From NCBI GenBank assembly GCA_965228735.1, contig OZ245838.1, positions 1,728,001 to 1,792,000 on the forward strand: 64,000 bases of DNA, written 5' to 3'. This DNA is from Planctomycetota bacterium. Its GTDB lineage: Bacteria > Planctomycetota > UBA1135 > UBA2386. A program made the position numbers and the translations under genes. Of the stretch, positions 29,108 to 37,732 are shown in pieces. The notes below the pieces were generated by a model. The model was not told the DNA's origin and searched no databases. It saw nothing but the letters and a program-made list of their open reading frames with translations. How positions within the stretch are numbered: the first letter of the stretch is position 1; each line of letters begins with the position of its first letter.

Positions 29108-30034
29108 ATGGCCACCCCCGCTGACTCATCGCCACCTCGTTTCCTCGTCGCATTCGACTTCTCCCGGACAGCCGAAGCGCACGTCGCATACGCGGTACGC
29201 CTGGCCAACGCGCTCGGCGCGCAATGCACCGTGCTCCACGCCGTGCCGCCACCCGAGACCGCGGTGGTCGGCGCCGTCGACCTGATCGACGCGCCACCAG
29301 CCACCGACGTCGCGGACGTTCGGCAGAGCCTGACGACGTTCGTCGAAGGGCTGAGCGCCGACCGGCCGGTCGAGGTCGAGGTCACCACCGGCTCGTCACC
29401 GGTCACGGCGGTGCTGTATGGCGCCGAACGACTGGCCGCGGACCTCGTCGTCCTGCCCTCGCACGGGCGCTCCGGCCTGAGTCGCCTGGTGCTCGGCAGC
29501 ACGGCCGAGCAGATCATGCGCCGTTCGACCAGACCGGTGCTGCTGTTGACCGATCGCATGCTGGACAACGAGTCGGATCCGACGACCGCGAAGCGACCCG
29601 TCGTTCTGGCGACCGACCTGTCCGAGACCGCCCGCTTCGCCCACCAGCCGGCTGCCGAACTGGCGCGCCGCCTCGGGCTGCCGCTGCAGGCGCTCTCGGT
29701 CGTGTCCGCGGTCGAGCCTCTGCCCTACTCCCCCGGCGCGCCCGTCAGCCCGCCGCAACCCGATGCTGCAACGTTGATCGAACACTGGGAGGACCAGCTG
29801 CGGCAGGCGACCCGCGGCCTGGGCGGCGGTACCGACCCCGACATCCGGGTCTTGATGGACGATGACGTCGCCACGACGATCGTCGATTCAACCGCCGCGG
29901 CCAACGCGTTCCTGCTGGTGCTCGCGACGCACGGCAGGCGCGGCATCGAGCGCATGGTCCAGGGCAGCGTCGCCGAGCAGATCACGCGCAACTCGACGGT
30001 GCCGGTGATCTGCATGCCGGCCAAGACGAAGTGA
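29108..30034 (+). CDS. Tandem-domain universal stress protein
   Basis: LVAFDFS, HGRSGLSRLVLGSTAE, LATDLSE, HGRRGIERMVQGSVAE. Confidence 0.92.
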   Translation: MATPADSSPPRFLVAFDFSRTAEAHVAYAVRLANALGAQCTVLHAVPPPETAVVGAVDLIDAPPATDVADVRQSLTTFVEGLSADRPVEVEVTTGSSPVTAVLYGAERLAADLVVLPSHGRSGLSRLVLGSTAEQIMRRSTRPVLLLTDRMLDNESDPTTAKRPVVLATDLSETARFAHQPAAELARRLGLPLQALSVVSAVEPLPYSPGAPVSPPQPDAATLIEHWEDQLRQATRGLGGGTDPDIRVLMDDDVATTIVDSTAAANAFLLVLATHGRRGIERMVQGSVAEQITRNSTVPVICMPAKTK

Positions 30035-30057
30035 TCGTCGGGCGGTCCGCCGAGCGC

Positions 30058-30570
30058 CTACTGGATCGTGACCTCGAGCACGCGCGTGAACGTCGGCGTG
30101 CCGCCGTGGATCGAGAAGCCCTGGAACGCGAGGGTCGCACCCGTGAGCTGGGTCGGCAGCGTGAAGTTCTGCAGGATGCGGTCGCCGCCCGTCGCGTTGC
30201 AACTCGTCGTCGAGAGCGCCATGAGGGAGACGTCGAGCGCCGCGACGAACGTGAAGCTCGGCGCCGGGTTGAGCATCAGCGAGTTGCCGATGCCGCCGAA
30301 CGCGATCCCGGGGCACGCCGCGACCGCCGGGAAGATGCTCACCATCAACGCGCCGAGCGCGCCCGCATCGCCCTGGATCTGGTAGGTCAGCTGATCGCCG
30401 GCCGGCGCGGTCACCTGGACGACGTTCGCCGGGTCGGCGCAGTCGAAGCCGCAGCCGCCGTGGATCTGGCTGCCGGACGGGCCGGAGATGACGGACAGGA
30501 AGCCGTACTGGGCCGGGAGGGCGGCGGTGAGGGCAGCAGCAGCGAGGATCGCGAGTGGGGTCTTGCTCAT
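30058..30570 (-). CDS. Small secreted protein made mostly of the shared C-terminal domain
   Basis: Signal peptide ending AQ; GATLAFQG motif. Confidence 0.7.
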   Translation of the reverse strand: MSKTPLAILAAAALTAALPAQYGFLSVISGPSGSQIHGGCGFDCADPANVVQVTAPAGDQLTYQIQGDAGALGALMVSIFPAVAACPGIAFGGIGNSLMLNPAPSFTFVAALDVSLMALSTTSCNATGGDRILQNFTLPTQLTGATLAFQGFSIHGGTPTFTRVLEVTIQ

Positions 30571-30740
30571 GGTTTGCGTACAGGGGTTCGAGCGAACGGC
30601 CCGGCGTTCGAGCGATCGATGATGACGCGCGAACTCGCGAAGCGATAGCCGCCACGGCTACGCCCATCGACCGACCACGGAGAACGGCCCGATCGTGGGC
30701 GCCGGGTGCACTGCCCGAAGAACGGTGGCCCGGAAGCCCC

Positions 30741-30776
30741 AAACCCAACGCAGAAAAAACCCGACGCAGAAAAACC
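30741..30776. repeat. 16-bp tandem direct repeat (A-tract) in a divergent promoter region
   Basis: AAACCCAACGCAGAAA / AAACCCGACGCAGAAA / AACC. Confidence 0.6.
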
Positions 30777-30811
30777 ACAACCTTCGCTGGCGCGCCAGGG
30801 CCCGGTCGGCG

Positions 30812-31012
30812 CTAGGGTTTCGCGCTGTGATCGAGCAACCGATCAAGCCCTGGCTGCTGCCCTACACCTGAAGCAGCCCCCGACCGATCCGTGGTGCAAC
30901 ACCATGGAGGGTCGGGCGGACCGGTCGGTTCCCCACGAGTCCTCTGCGGCGCTAGCCGGCGAGGACACGCGCTCTCCTGGTCGCCAGACGTCGTTGCTCC
31001 GGGTCGGTCCTC
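30812..31012 (+). promoter_or_regulatory. Highly structured putative 5' leader of the porin-DsrE-TusA-MetE operon (family not recognised)
   Basis: Consecutive hairpins at 30812-30853, 30852-30878, 30879-30916 (16 bp of stem) and 30939-30966. Confidence 0.4.
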
Positions 31013-31033
31013 ACGACTCCTCAGCAACAACCG

Positions 31034-32323
31034 ATGAAGCGACTCCTCAACGGCGCCGCCGCGACTGCCGCGGCGCTCTCTCTCTCCGCGTACACCACCG
31101 CCCAGCAGTGCTACTCGCCGCAGAACCGCTGCTTCTCGTTCGCATCTCCCGGTGAAGAGGTCGAACGGCTCGACACCGGCCTGACGCTGCGATCCGATCA
31201 GCTGCGTATTACGGGCGACACCCGCCTGCGTTCCCGATTCGCCGAAACGCCGACGGACGCGCCGTACAACGCCAACGACAACCACAGCACGCGCACGCGC
31301 GTGCAGCTCGACTACACGGTCAACGACTGGGCGCGGGCGTTCGTGGAGTTCAACTACTCCGAGGTCTGGGCCGGCGCCGAGGGCTACTCCGACGCAGCGC
31401 CGTTCCAGAACGGCGCCAACGGCATCCTGTCGCGGCAGAACTTCAACGGCATCGCGCAGGCCTACATGCAGCTCGACGACGCGTTCGGGCTCGGCGAGAG
31501 CATCCGGATCGGCCGCAGCAACTACTTCCTCGCGAACGGCATGATCCTCGGGTCGTGCGACTTCCTGCAGTACCCGGGCGCCTTCACGGGTATCTGGGTC
31601 TCGCGCGGCTTCGGCGACGCCGGCTTCGAGGACGAAACGCCCTTGATCGAGGCCGAGGTCTTCGCGTTCGACAACTACGGTCCGCTGCAGAGCCAGCTGA
31701 CGGGCGGCGGCGAGCGCTACGCCGGCGCCACGGCGCGCTGGAACGCGTCCGAGAACGGTCCGATCGAGACGCTCAACGTCTACTACATGACGGGCACCAA
31801 CGACGCCGACGTGCGCCGCAACAGCGAGGACTGGTGGGCCGGCATCGAGGGCGTGGGCCACATCACGAAGAACCTCCGGTGGGAAGCCCAGTTCGCCAAC
31901 CGCGGCGTCGACATGGGTGCCGACGTGTCGGCCTACCGCGCGAGTTTGATCTACGAGTTCGACGAGCCGGCCGGCGGCTTCCTGCGCAACGTCTCGTTCA
32001 CGCGCACGGACAGCGAAGGCGCGCTGCACATCAACCCGGCCGACTTCAACTCGGCGGGCCTGCTGCACCAGTACGGCGGCATCTGGCGCAGCGACCTCGA
32101 CACCAACCAGCTGAGCGCGCAGTTCACGCCGGGCGGCGACTACGACTGCACGGCCACCGTGCTGACGCTCGACCGCGACGGCGGCGCGACCCAGCTCGGC
32201 GAGACCGAGTTCGACTTCCTCGTCGGCAAGATGTTCCGCGAGGGCCTGCACGTCGGCGCGGGCTACGCCGTCGACGACGACGCCCGTCAGGTCGGCTACG
32301 CTCAAATCACGCTCTACTTCTGA
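31034..32323 (+). CDS. Outer-membrane beta-barrel (alginate-export-like porin)
   Basis: Signal peptide; GDTRLRSR..TRTRVQLDY..QAYMQL..IRIGR pattern; C-terminal Phe (ITLYF). Confidence 0.8.
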   Translation: MKRLLNGAAATAAALSLSAYTTAQQCYSPQNRCFSFASPGEEVERLDTGLTLRSDQLRITGDTRLRSRFAETPTDAPYNANDNHSTRTRVQLDYTVNDWARAFVEFNYSEVWAGAEGYSDAAPFQNGANGILSRQNFNGIAQAYMQLDDAFGLGESIRIGRSNYFLANGMILGSCDFLQYPGAFTGIWVSRGFGDAGFEDETPLIEAEVFAFDNYGPLQSQLTGGGERYAGATARWNASENGPIETLNVYYMTGTNDADVRRNSEDWWAGIEGVGHITKNLRWEAQFANRGVDMGADVSAYRASLIYEFDEPAGGFLRNVSFTRTDSEGALHINPADFNSAGLLHQYGGIWRSDLDTNQLSAQFTPGGDYDCTATVLTLDRDGGATQLGETEFDFLVGKMFREGLHVGAGYAVDDDARQVGYAQITLYF

Positions 32324-32353
32324 TCCACCCCTGCACCCCCCTTGGAGAACCCC

Positions 32354-32719
32354 ATGAGCAACTCGTTCTGCGTCACGATCACCGAGTGCAAGAGCAACCC
32401 CGACAAGGCGACCGTCGGCTTCGTCGTCGCCAACGCTGCGCTCGGCAGCGAGAAGGACACGATGGTCTTCCTCAGCGCGGACGGCGTGTGGGCCGCCGTG
32501 ACGACCGAGATGGAGAAGGTCGAGGCCGGTGAGCCGTTCCTGCCGCTGCGCGAGCTCGTCCAGAAGTTCATCGGCGCCGGCGGCAAGGTCCTCGTCTGCA
32601 CGCCGTGCATGAAGAAGCGGCAGATCACCGAGGACATGCTCGTCGACGGCGCGACGCCGGCCGGCGGCGCCGCGCTCGTCGAGTGGCTCTCGAACGGCTC
32701 GCCGAGCGTCGGCTACTGA
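32354..32719 (+). CDS. DsrE/DsrF-like protein
   Basis: ATVGFVVANAA, VFLSADGV, GGKVLVCTPCMKKR; GGAG RBS upstream. Confidence 0.88.
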   Translation: MSNSFCVTITECKSNPDKATVGFVVANAALGSEKDTMVFLSADGVWAAVTTEMEKVEAGEPFLPLRELVQKFIGAGGKVLVCTPCMKKRQITEDMLVDGATPAGGAALVEWLSNGSPSVGY

Positions 32720-32729
32720 GAGGCCGACC

Positions 32730-33485
32730 ATGCTGAGCCCCGACGAACTCCGGGCAATCGAGCCTGCCACCGTCTTCGACGGCGGCGCGCTCGATTGCGG
32801 CTCCGGCCTCGTGCTGCTCATTCGCGAACGGATGACGGAGGTGCCGCCCGGCGCCGTCCTCGAGATGAAGAGCTTCGAGCCGACCGTCCGCGACGACCTG
32901 CCGCCGTGGTGCCGCATGGTCGGGCACGAGTTCCTCGGGGAGCTGCCCGGCGACGCGGCGCGGCAGGCGCGCTACTTCGTCCGCCGCGGCAGCGGCGAGG
33001 CAGCGCAGGAGGAGACCGCGGCGCTGCAGACCGACAAGGACCGCGCCCGGACCTACGAGTGGCGGCTGCGCGCCCGTTCGTCGGCGCCGCTCGTGACCAC
33101 CGTCTACTGCCGCAACTTCCAGTGGCAGGTCGGCCAACCCGCGAGCTTCGAAGAACGCGACGAGCATCCGTCGGCGGTCGAATCCGCGCTCGGGGCGCTC
33201 GCCGCCGATCTCGTGACGGGCTTCGCGGTCACGTGCTCGCGCGAGGGCCTCGAGGTCGACGACATCGAGCTCACCGCGAAGGGGCGGCTGCACGACGTGA
33301 CCGCGCACCTCGGGATCGGCGACGGCGACCCGGCGTTCGCGGCGATCCAGATCAAGCTGTTCGCGTCGACGTTCGCGGACGAAACCCGCGTGCGAGCGGC
33401 CTGGGACGCGACCGTCCGCCGCTCGCCACTCGCGTGCACGCTGCGGCGCGCCACCGAACTCACCACCGGCATCGCCATCGTCTGA
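32730..33485 (+). CDS. TusA-like sulfur carrier fused to an OsmC-like domain
   Basis: DGGALDCGSGL..DLPPWCRMVGH (TusA); HPSAVESALGALAADL..RRSPL (OsmC fold). Confidence 0.82.
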   Translation: MLSPDELRAIEPATVFDGGALDCGSGLVLLIRERMTEVPPGAVLEMKSFEPTVRDDLPPWCRMVGHEFLGELPGDAARQARYFVRRGSGEAAQEETAALQTDKDRARTYEWRLRARSSAPLVTTVYCRNFQWQVGQPASFEERDEHPSAVESALGALAADLVTGFAVTCSREGLEVDDIELTAKGRLHDVTAHLGIGDGDPAFAAIQIKLFASTFADETRVRAAWDATVRRSPLACTLRRATELTTGIAIV

Positions 33486-33497
33486 GGAGAAGAGAAC

Positions 33498-34649
33498 ATG
33501 TTCGACGTGACCCAGGTCGGCAGCTGGCCGCGCTCCCGTGACCTGCTGCGCGCGCTGCGCGACAAGCAGCAAGGTCGCATGACCGCCAGGGAGTTCGATG
33601 CCGTCGCCGACGGTGAGGTTCGGCGCTGTGTCGCCCATCAGGTCGACGCTGGCGTCGACGTCGTCGTCGACGGCGAGCAGCGGCGTGACAACTTCTACTC
33701 CTTCGTGACCGACAAGCTCGACGGCACGCGGCTCATGTCGCTCGCCGAGATGCTCGACACGGTCGAGGACAAGGCCGCGTTCGAAGAGATGCTGTCCACG
33801 CTCGACGTGCCGGCGTCCGCGATCCGCAACCCCACCTGCGTCGGCAAGCTGCGCCGCCGCGAACCGCTGGCCGTCGACGAGCTCAGGTTCGTGCAGCAGC
33901 TCACGGACAAGCCGGTGAAGATCTCGTTGCCCGGGCCCTACCTGCTGACGCGGGCGATGTGGGTCACGGCGCACTCGCGCGACGCCTACGACGACAAGAC
34001 CGCGATGGGCGACGACGTCGTCGACATCCTGCGCGCCGAGCTCACGGAGCTGCGCGACGCGGGTGCGGCGTTCGTTCAGTTCGACGAGCCGGTCCTCACC
34101 GAGATCGTCATGAGCGAGGAAGCCGACCGACGAACGTTCATGTGAGCCACCCTTGCTACCCGCCGTGATGCGGGTGCCGAACTCGAATACGCCGCGGAGC
34201 TGCTCAACCGGGTCGTCGACGGCATCGACGGGGTCCGGACCGGGCTCCACGTCTGCCGCGGCAACTGGAGCCGCCAGGAGGACGTTCTGCTCACCGGTGA
34301 CTACCGCGCCCTGCTGCCCGCGTTCACTGCGATGCACGTCGATCAGTTCGTGCTCGAGTACGCGACGCCGCGCGCCGGCGAGCTGGCCGTCGTGGGGCAG
34401 GCGCTGGCCGACCGCGAGCTCGGCCTCGGCTGCGTCAACCCGCGCACGGACGAAGCCGAGGACCCGGCGACGATCGTCGCGCGGGCCGAGGAGGCGCTCG
34501 CGTTCTTCCGACCCGAGCAGATCTTCCTCAATCCCGACTGCGGGTTCGGATGCTTCGCGAACCGATGCGTGAACGAGGAGGACCACGCGGCCGCCAAGCT
34601 GCGCTCGATGGTCGCGGCCGCGCGCGAGCTGCGGGACAGACACGGCTGA
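33498..34649 (+). CDS. Cobalamin-independent methionine synthase II (core MetE)-like zinc enzyme, probable selenoprotein (TGA at codon 216)
   Basis: VGSWPR, DGEQRR and VQFDEP before the TGA at 34143-34145; the same frame continues through HVCRGN, VLEY and NPDCGFG to a stop at 34649; 383 aa when read through. Confidence 0.88.
34143..34177 (+). promoter_or_regulatory. In-frame UGA plus bacterial SECIS-like hairpin
   Basis: GC-[bulged U]-ACCCGC / loop CGUGAU / GCGGGU-GC at 34155-34177; the loop starts 19 nt after the UGA and has G at position 2. Confidence 0.75.
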
Positions 34650-35251
34650 TGAGCGAGACCGACGAACCACAGGATCCACGCACGGTGCGTGCGCTGGCCG
34701 ACGCCGAGAGGCTCACGGGAACGCCGTGCGGCGGCTGCAGCGCCACGCTCTGCGGTCACGACGCCGTGTTCTCGCTCGTGCTGGGCTACAAGAACGCGGC
34801 CCGGTGCCTCCGCTGCATCGCGGCTCACATGCGCGAGCCGCTCGCGGATCTGCGCGAGCGCACGCTCGACTACGTCCGCCACCACGAGTGCTTCCTCGCG
34901 GCCTGGCATCGCGCCGGCGAACGCGAAGGCTTCGGGCCGGTCGAGCGCCCGGCGTGTCTGTGGGGTATCGCAGCCGCAGACCGGTCCGCGCTCCCCGCGC
35001 CCGCCGACGACCCGCCGGCGGCCGCGCCGCTTCGCGACGACGTCGCGAGCTGGGACGCCGGCGACATGGGCTGTGGCGACCTCGTGCTCGAACTGCGACT
35101 GCGCCTGCGCGAGCTGCCCCCCGGCGGCCTGTTCGATCTGATCGCGACCGACCCCGGCGCACCCGTCGACATTCCGGCGTGGTGCAACCTGACCGGTCAC
35201 ACGCTCGTGGCGCAGCAGCACCCGAGCTATCGCATCCGGCGGAAGAGCTGA
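34649..35251 (+). CDS. Cys-rich (Zn-finger-like) N-terminal domain plus TusA-like sulfur carrier
   Basis: TGATG coupling to the MetE-like stop; CGGC..CGH..CLRC..HHEC; WDAGDMGCGDL..DIPAWC..TGH. Confidence 0.85.
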   Translation: MSETDEPQDPRTVRALADAERLTGTPCGGCSATLCGHDAVFSLVLGYKNAARCLRCIAAHMREPLADLRERTLDYVRHHECFLAAWHRAGEREGFGPVERPACLWGIAAADRSALPAPADDPPAAAPLRDDVASWDAGDMGCGDLVLELRLRLRELPPGGLFDLIATDPGAPVDIPAWCNLTGHTLVAQQHPSYRIRRKS

Positions 35252-35254
35252 GGG

Positions 35255-36157
35255 CTACTTGTCCGGCTTCTTGCCCGCCGTGCTGCCCGCGCTCCCGGGC
35301 TTCCGGCCAGGCACGCTGCCCTGCCGGCGCAGGTACTGCTCGAGGGCCTGCAGGCGTTGGAACAACTGCGCGTTGTCCTGCTCGAGTTTCTGCAGCCGCT
35401 GCTGCACCTCGCCGGACGGCGGCGGCGGCTCGCGCGGCGGCAGGTCCGCCGCCTCCAGAAGCTGCAATGCGGCGGCAACCATGTTCTGAGGCCCGGACAA
35501 CAGCAATGAATTCTCGTTGCCGACGTTCCCGATGATCAGGTTGCCCGCGCCCTGGCCACCGGATTGCGCGAAGAACGGCCGCAACGCGTTGTTCGCGATC
35601 GCGGCGTTGATGTGTTTCGTGGCGCACGCGACCGTAACGTGCAACCGCAGGGTCGGCCGCGCCAGGACCTCCGCCGGTGACCGCTGCACCGCCCGGGTGA
35701 CGATCTCGCGACTCCGCGGCCCGTTCATCGACAGGACCTCGTAGACGCCCTTCGGCTCGTCGATCGGCACGAGCGCGAACCCGTACGACCACAGCACCCC
35801 GGTCAGCAGCTCCTCGCACCCATCGGCATCCGTGACGACCGGGATCTCCAGGTTCACGACCGGCCCCATCGGGCCCTGGGCCGCCGGCGCTGCCGGTCGA
35901 GCCCGCCCACGCCGCACGACCGCCCCGCCACCCTGCGCGAGCGCCATCTGACCGCCGTCGAACAGGATGTTACGCTGCAGGTACGCCGCACACCGGTCCA
36001 CGAGCTCGACGAGCTCGATCTCGCCCGCTTCGAACACGAACGGCGCGCGGTCCGCCGGCCCCTTCGCCGACTGGACGGCAGGATCCTGAGCGACGCCGGC
36101 GCACGGCGTCAGCAGCGCGCAGAGCACAATCCGGTGCACGATGGTGATCGGGTTCAT
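35255..36157 (-). CDS. Secreted protein resembling secretin N-terminal (N0/N1) domains, with no barrel
   Basis: Signal peptide ending AQ; KHINA..NSLLLSGP..LLEAAD pattern; coiled-coil tail. Confidence 0.55.
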   Translation of the reverse strand: MNPITIVHRIVLCALLTPCAGVAQDPAVQSAKGPADRAPFVFEAGEIELVELVDRCAAYLQRNILFDGGQMALAQGGGAVVRRGRARPAAPAAQGPMGPVVNLEIPVVTDADGCEELLTGVLWSYGFALVPIDEPKGVYEVLSMNGPRSREIVTRAVQRSPAEVLARPTLRLHVTVACATKHINAAIANNALRPFFAQSGGQGAGNLIIGNVGNENSLLLSGPQNMVAAALQLLEAADLPPREPPPPSGEVQQRLQKLEQDNAQLFQRLQALEQYLRRQGSVPGRKPGSAGSTAGKKPDK

Positions 36158-36524
36158 TGCTACCTCTGGTCAGGACGGTGAGACGCTACACCGGCCGGCT
36201 CCTTCCATCGATTCTCGTTCTGTGCCCCCGCAGCGCGGCGTCTGGACCGGAATCTGCCCGTCCCATGACCGTTCGGATCCCGGGGTGTCGCTCTCACTTC
36301 CGAAACCCTCGAAAAGCGAACCTGTCCGCTGGCGGCGCTGGCGTTGGCTTCGTGCCCGGGACGCCCTGGTGGGATAGCGGTCGCGAGCGCGAAGCGTCGC
36401 TGGCCAACGGCGCCAGCCGCGCCCGGAACGAGGTCGCGTCGACGCTCACGCCCATGAACAGACCGTCCGGCGATAGCATGATCCCGGTAGCAAGAACTCG
36501 TCAGCCACCGATACCCCTCGAACG

Positions 36525-37640
36525 ATGCGACGACTCCTCCTCGCCCTGGCTTGCTGCGCCGCACCACCAGCGCAAGTCTTCATCGTGGACTCCGCCAACG
36601 GACCGGGGGCGAACTTCACCTCGATCGCCGGGGCGATCGCAGGTGTGCCTGACGGCGCCATCCTGCAGGTCCGTGCCGGCACCTACTCCGAGTTCGTGGT
36701 CACGGACAAGAGTCTGACGATTCTGGGCGAGCCCGGCGTCGTCGTGCACTCACTGGGCATGCCACCGGTCACGATCGAGAATCTCGCTGCCGACAAAGCC
36801 GTGACGTTGCGTGGCGTGACATGGACCACGGCCCTCGGACAACCAACCACGTTGTGCCGGAACTGCATCGGCACGGTGCTCATCGAGGAGTGCAACGTCG
36901 ACTTCGCCACGACGCCGAGAGGCGGACACATCGACGTCCAGATGTGCGAGCGGGTATTCGTCCGCCACTCGCGCATCGAGACGGGGGGACCAACGCAGTC
37001 ATGCGTCACGTCTTGGCTGAGCAGCGTCGTGCTCGAGCGTTGCTGGCTGCGCGCAGCGAGCCGAGCAGTCGAGATCATTGACGGCCGGGTCCACCTCGCC
37101 GACTGCCACCTCGAGAGCACCGGCAACAGCTTCTGGGGCTCGACGTTGGTCGTCATGAACCAGGGGCATCTGGTCGTGAATGCGGACACGACATTCGTCG
37201 GCTCGCCCGCGACTCCGACACCTGCTGCGGGCGGGTCGGGCCAGGTCATCTACGATCCGTCGACGGTCTTTCAGGCAATCACCGTTCCCGCGTTCTCGGG
37301 CGGCGCCTCCGCCGCCGCCCGTTCCGTTCCGCGAGTGTATGCGTCGACCGAGCCGCTCGGTGGCACCGCGACCGCGCAGTTCGATCTGCCGCTTTGGTCG
37401 GCCGGCTTGCTCGCGGCAGGCTTCCCCGAGTCACCTCTCACCGTCCCGTGGGCGGACCGCCCGCTCTGGATCGGCGGCGACGCGGTGGTCCGCGCGGCGG
37501 GCAGCGTGTCGCCGTTGCGCCACACCTACCGGGTGCCGAACGCTCCCTCGATCCTGGGCACTCAGATCGCCTGGCAGGGCGCGGCGCTCGGCTTCGGCAA
37601 CGTCACGCTGAGCAACCCGTCCGTCTACGCTCACTTCTGA
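36525..37640 (+). CDS. Secreted beta-helix-like protein (paralog of 13419..14600)
   Basis: FIVDSANGPGANFTSIAGAIAGVPDG..VRAGTY; KSLTILGEPG. Confidence 0.72.
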   Translation: MRRLLLALACCAAPPAQVFIVDSANGPGANFTSIAGAIAGVPDGAILQVRAGTYSEFVVTDKSLTILGEPGVVVHSLGMPPVTIENLAADKAVTLRGVTWTTALGQPTTLCRNCIGTVLIEECNVDFATTPRGGHIDVQMCERVFVRHSRIETGGPTQSCVTSWLSSVVLERCWLRAASRAVEIIDGRVHLADCHLESTGNSFWGSTLVVMNQGHLVVNADTTFVGSPATPTPAAGGSGQVIYDPSTVFQAITVPAFSGGASAAARSVPRVYASTEPLGGTATAQFDLPLWSAGLLAAGFPESPLTVPWADRPLWIGGDAVVRAAGSVSPLRHTYRVPNAPSILGTQIAWQGAALGFGNVTLSNPSVYAHF

Positions 37641-37732
37641 GACCGGGGAGGCGGCCCCGAGCCGATCCCATGGGGCCGCGGGTCGACCGCCACTTGGTGG
37701 CCGCCTACGATGCACCCATGAGGAGAGCTTCG

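Noticed and set aside
30812..31012. Known riboswitch (SAM-I/IV, SAH, cobalamin, TPP)
   Set aside because: Only isolated short words (GCAACC, ACCTGA) match; the conserved cores could not be assembled by eye.
33498..34649. MetE-like gene as a nonsense pseudogene, or genome-wide TGA reassignment
   Set aside because: Only one lesion, intact downstream motifs, coupling to the next gene and a SECIS-like hairpin argue against decay, though it is not fully excluded. Many neighbouring genes end properly in TGA, so the code is standard.
32717..35251. Additional Sec read-through at the TGA stops of the DsrE, TusA-OsmC and TusA genes
   Set aside because: Each domain is complete at its TGA and is followed by an RBS/start or a convergent gene; no convincing continuation was seen.
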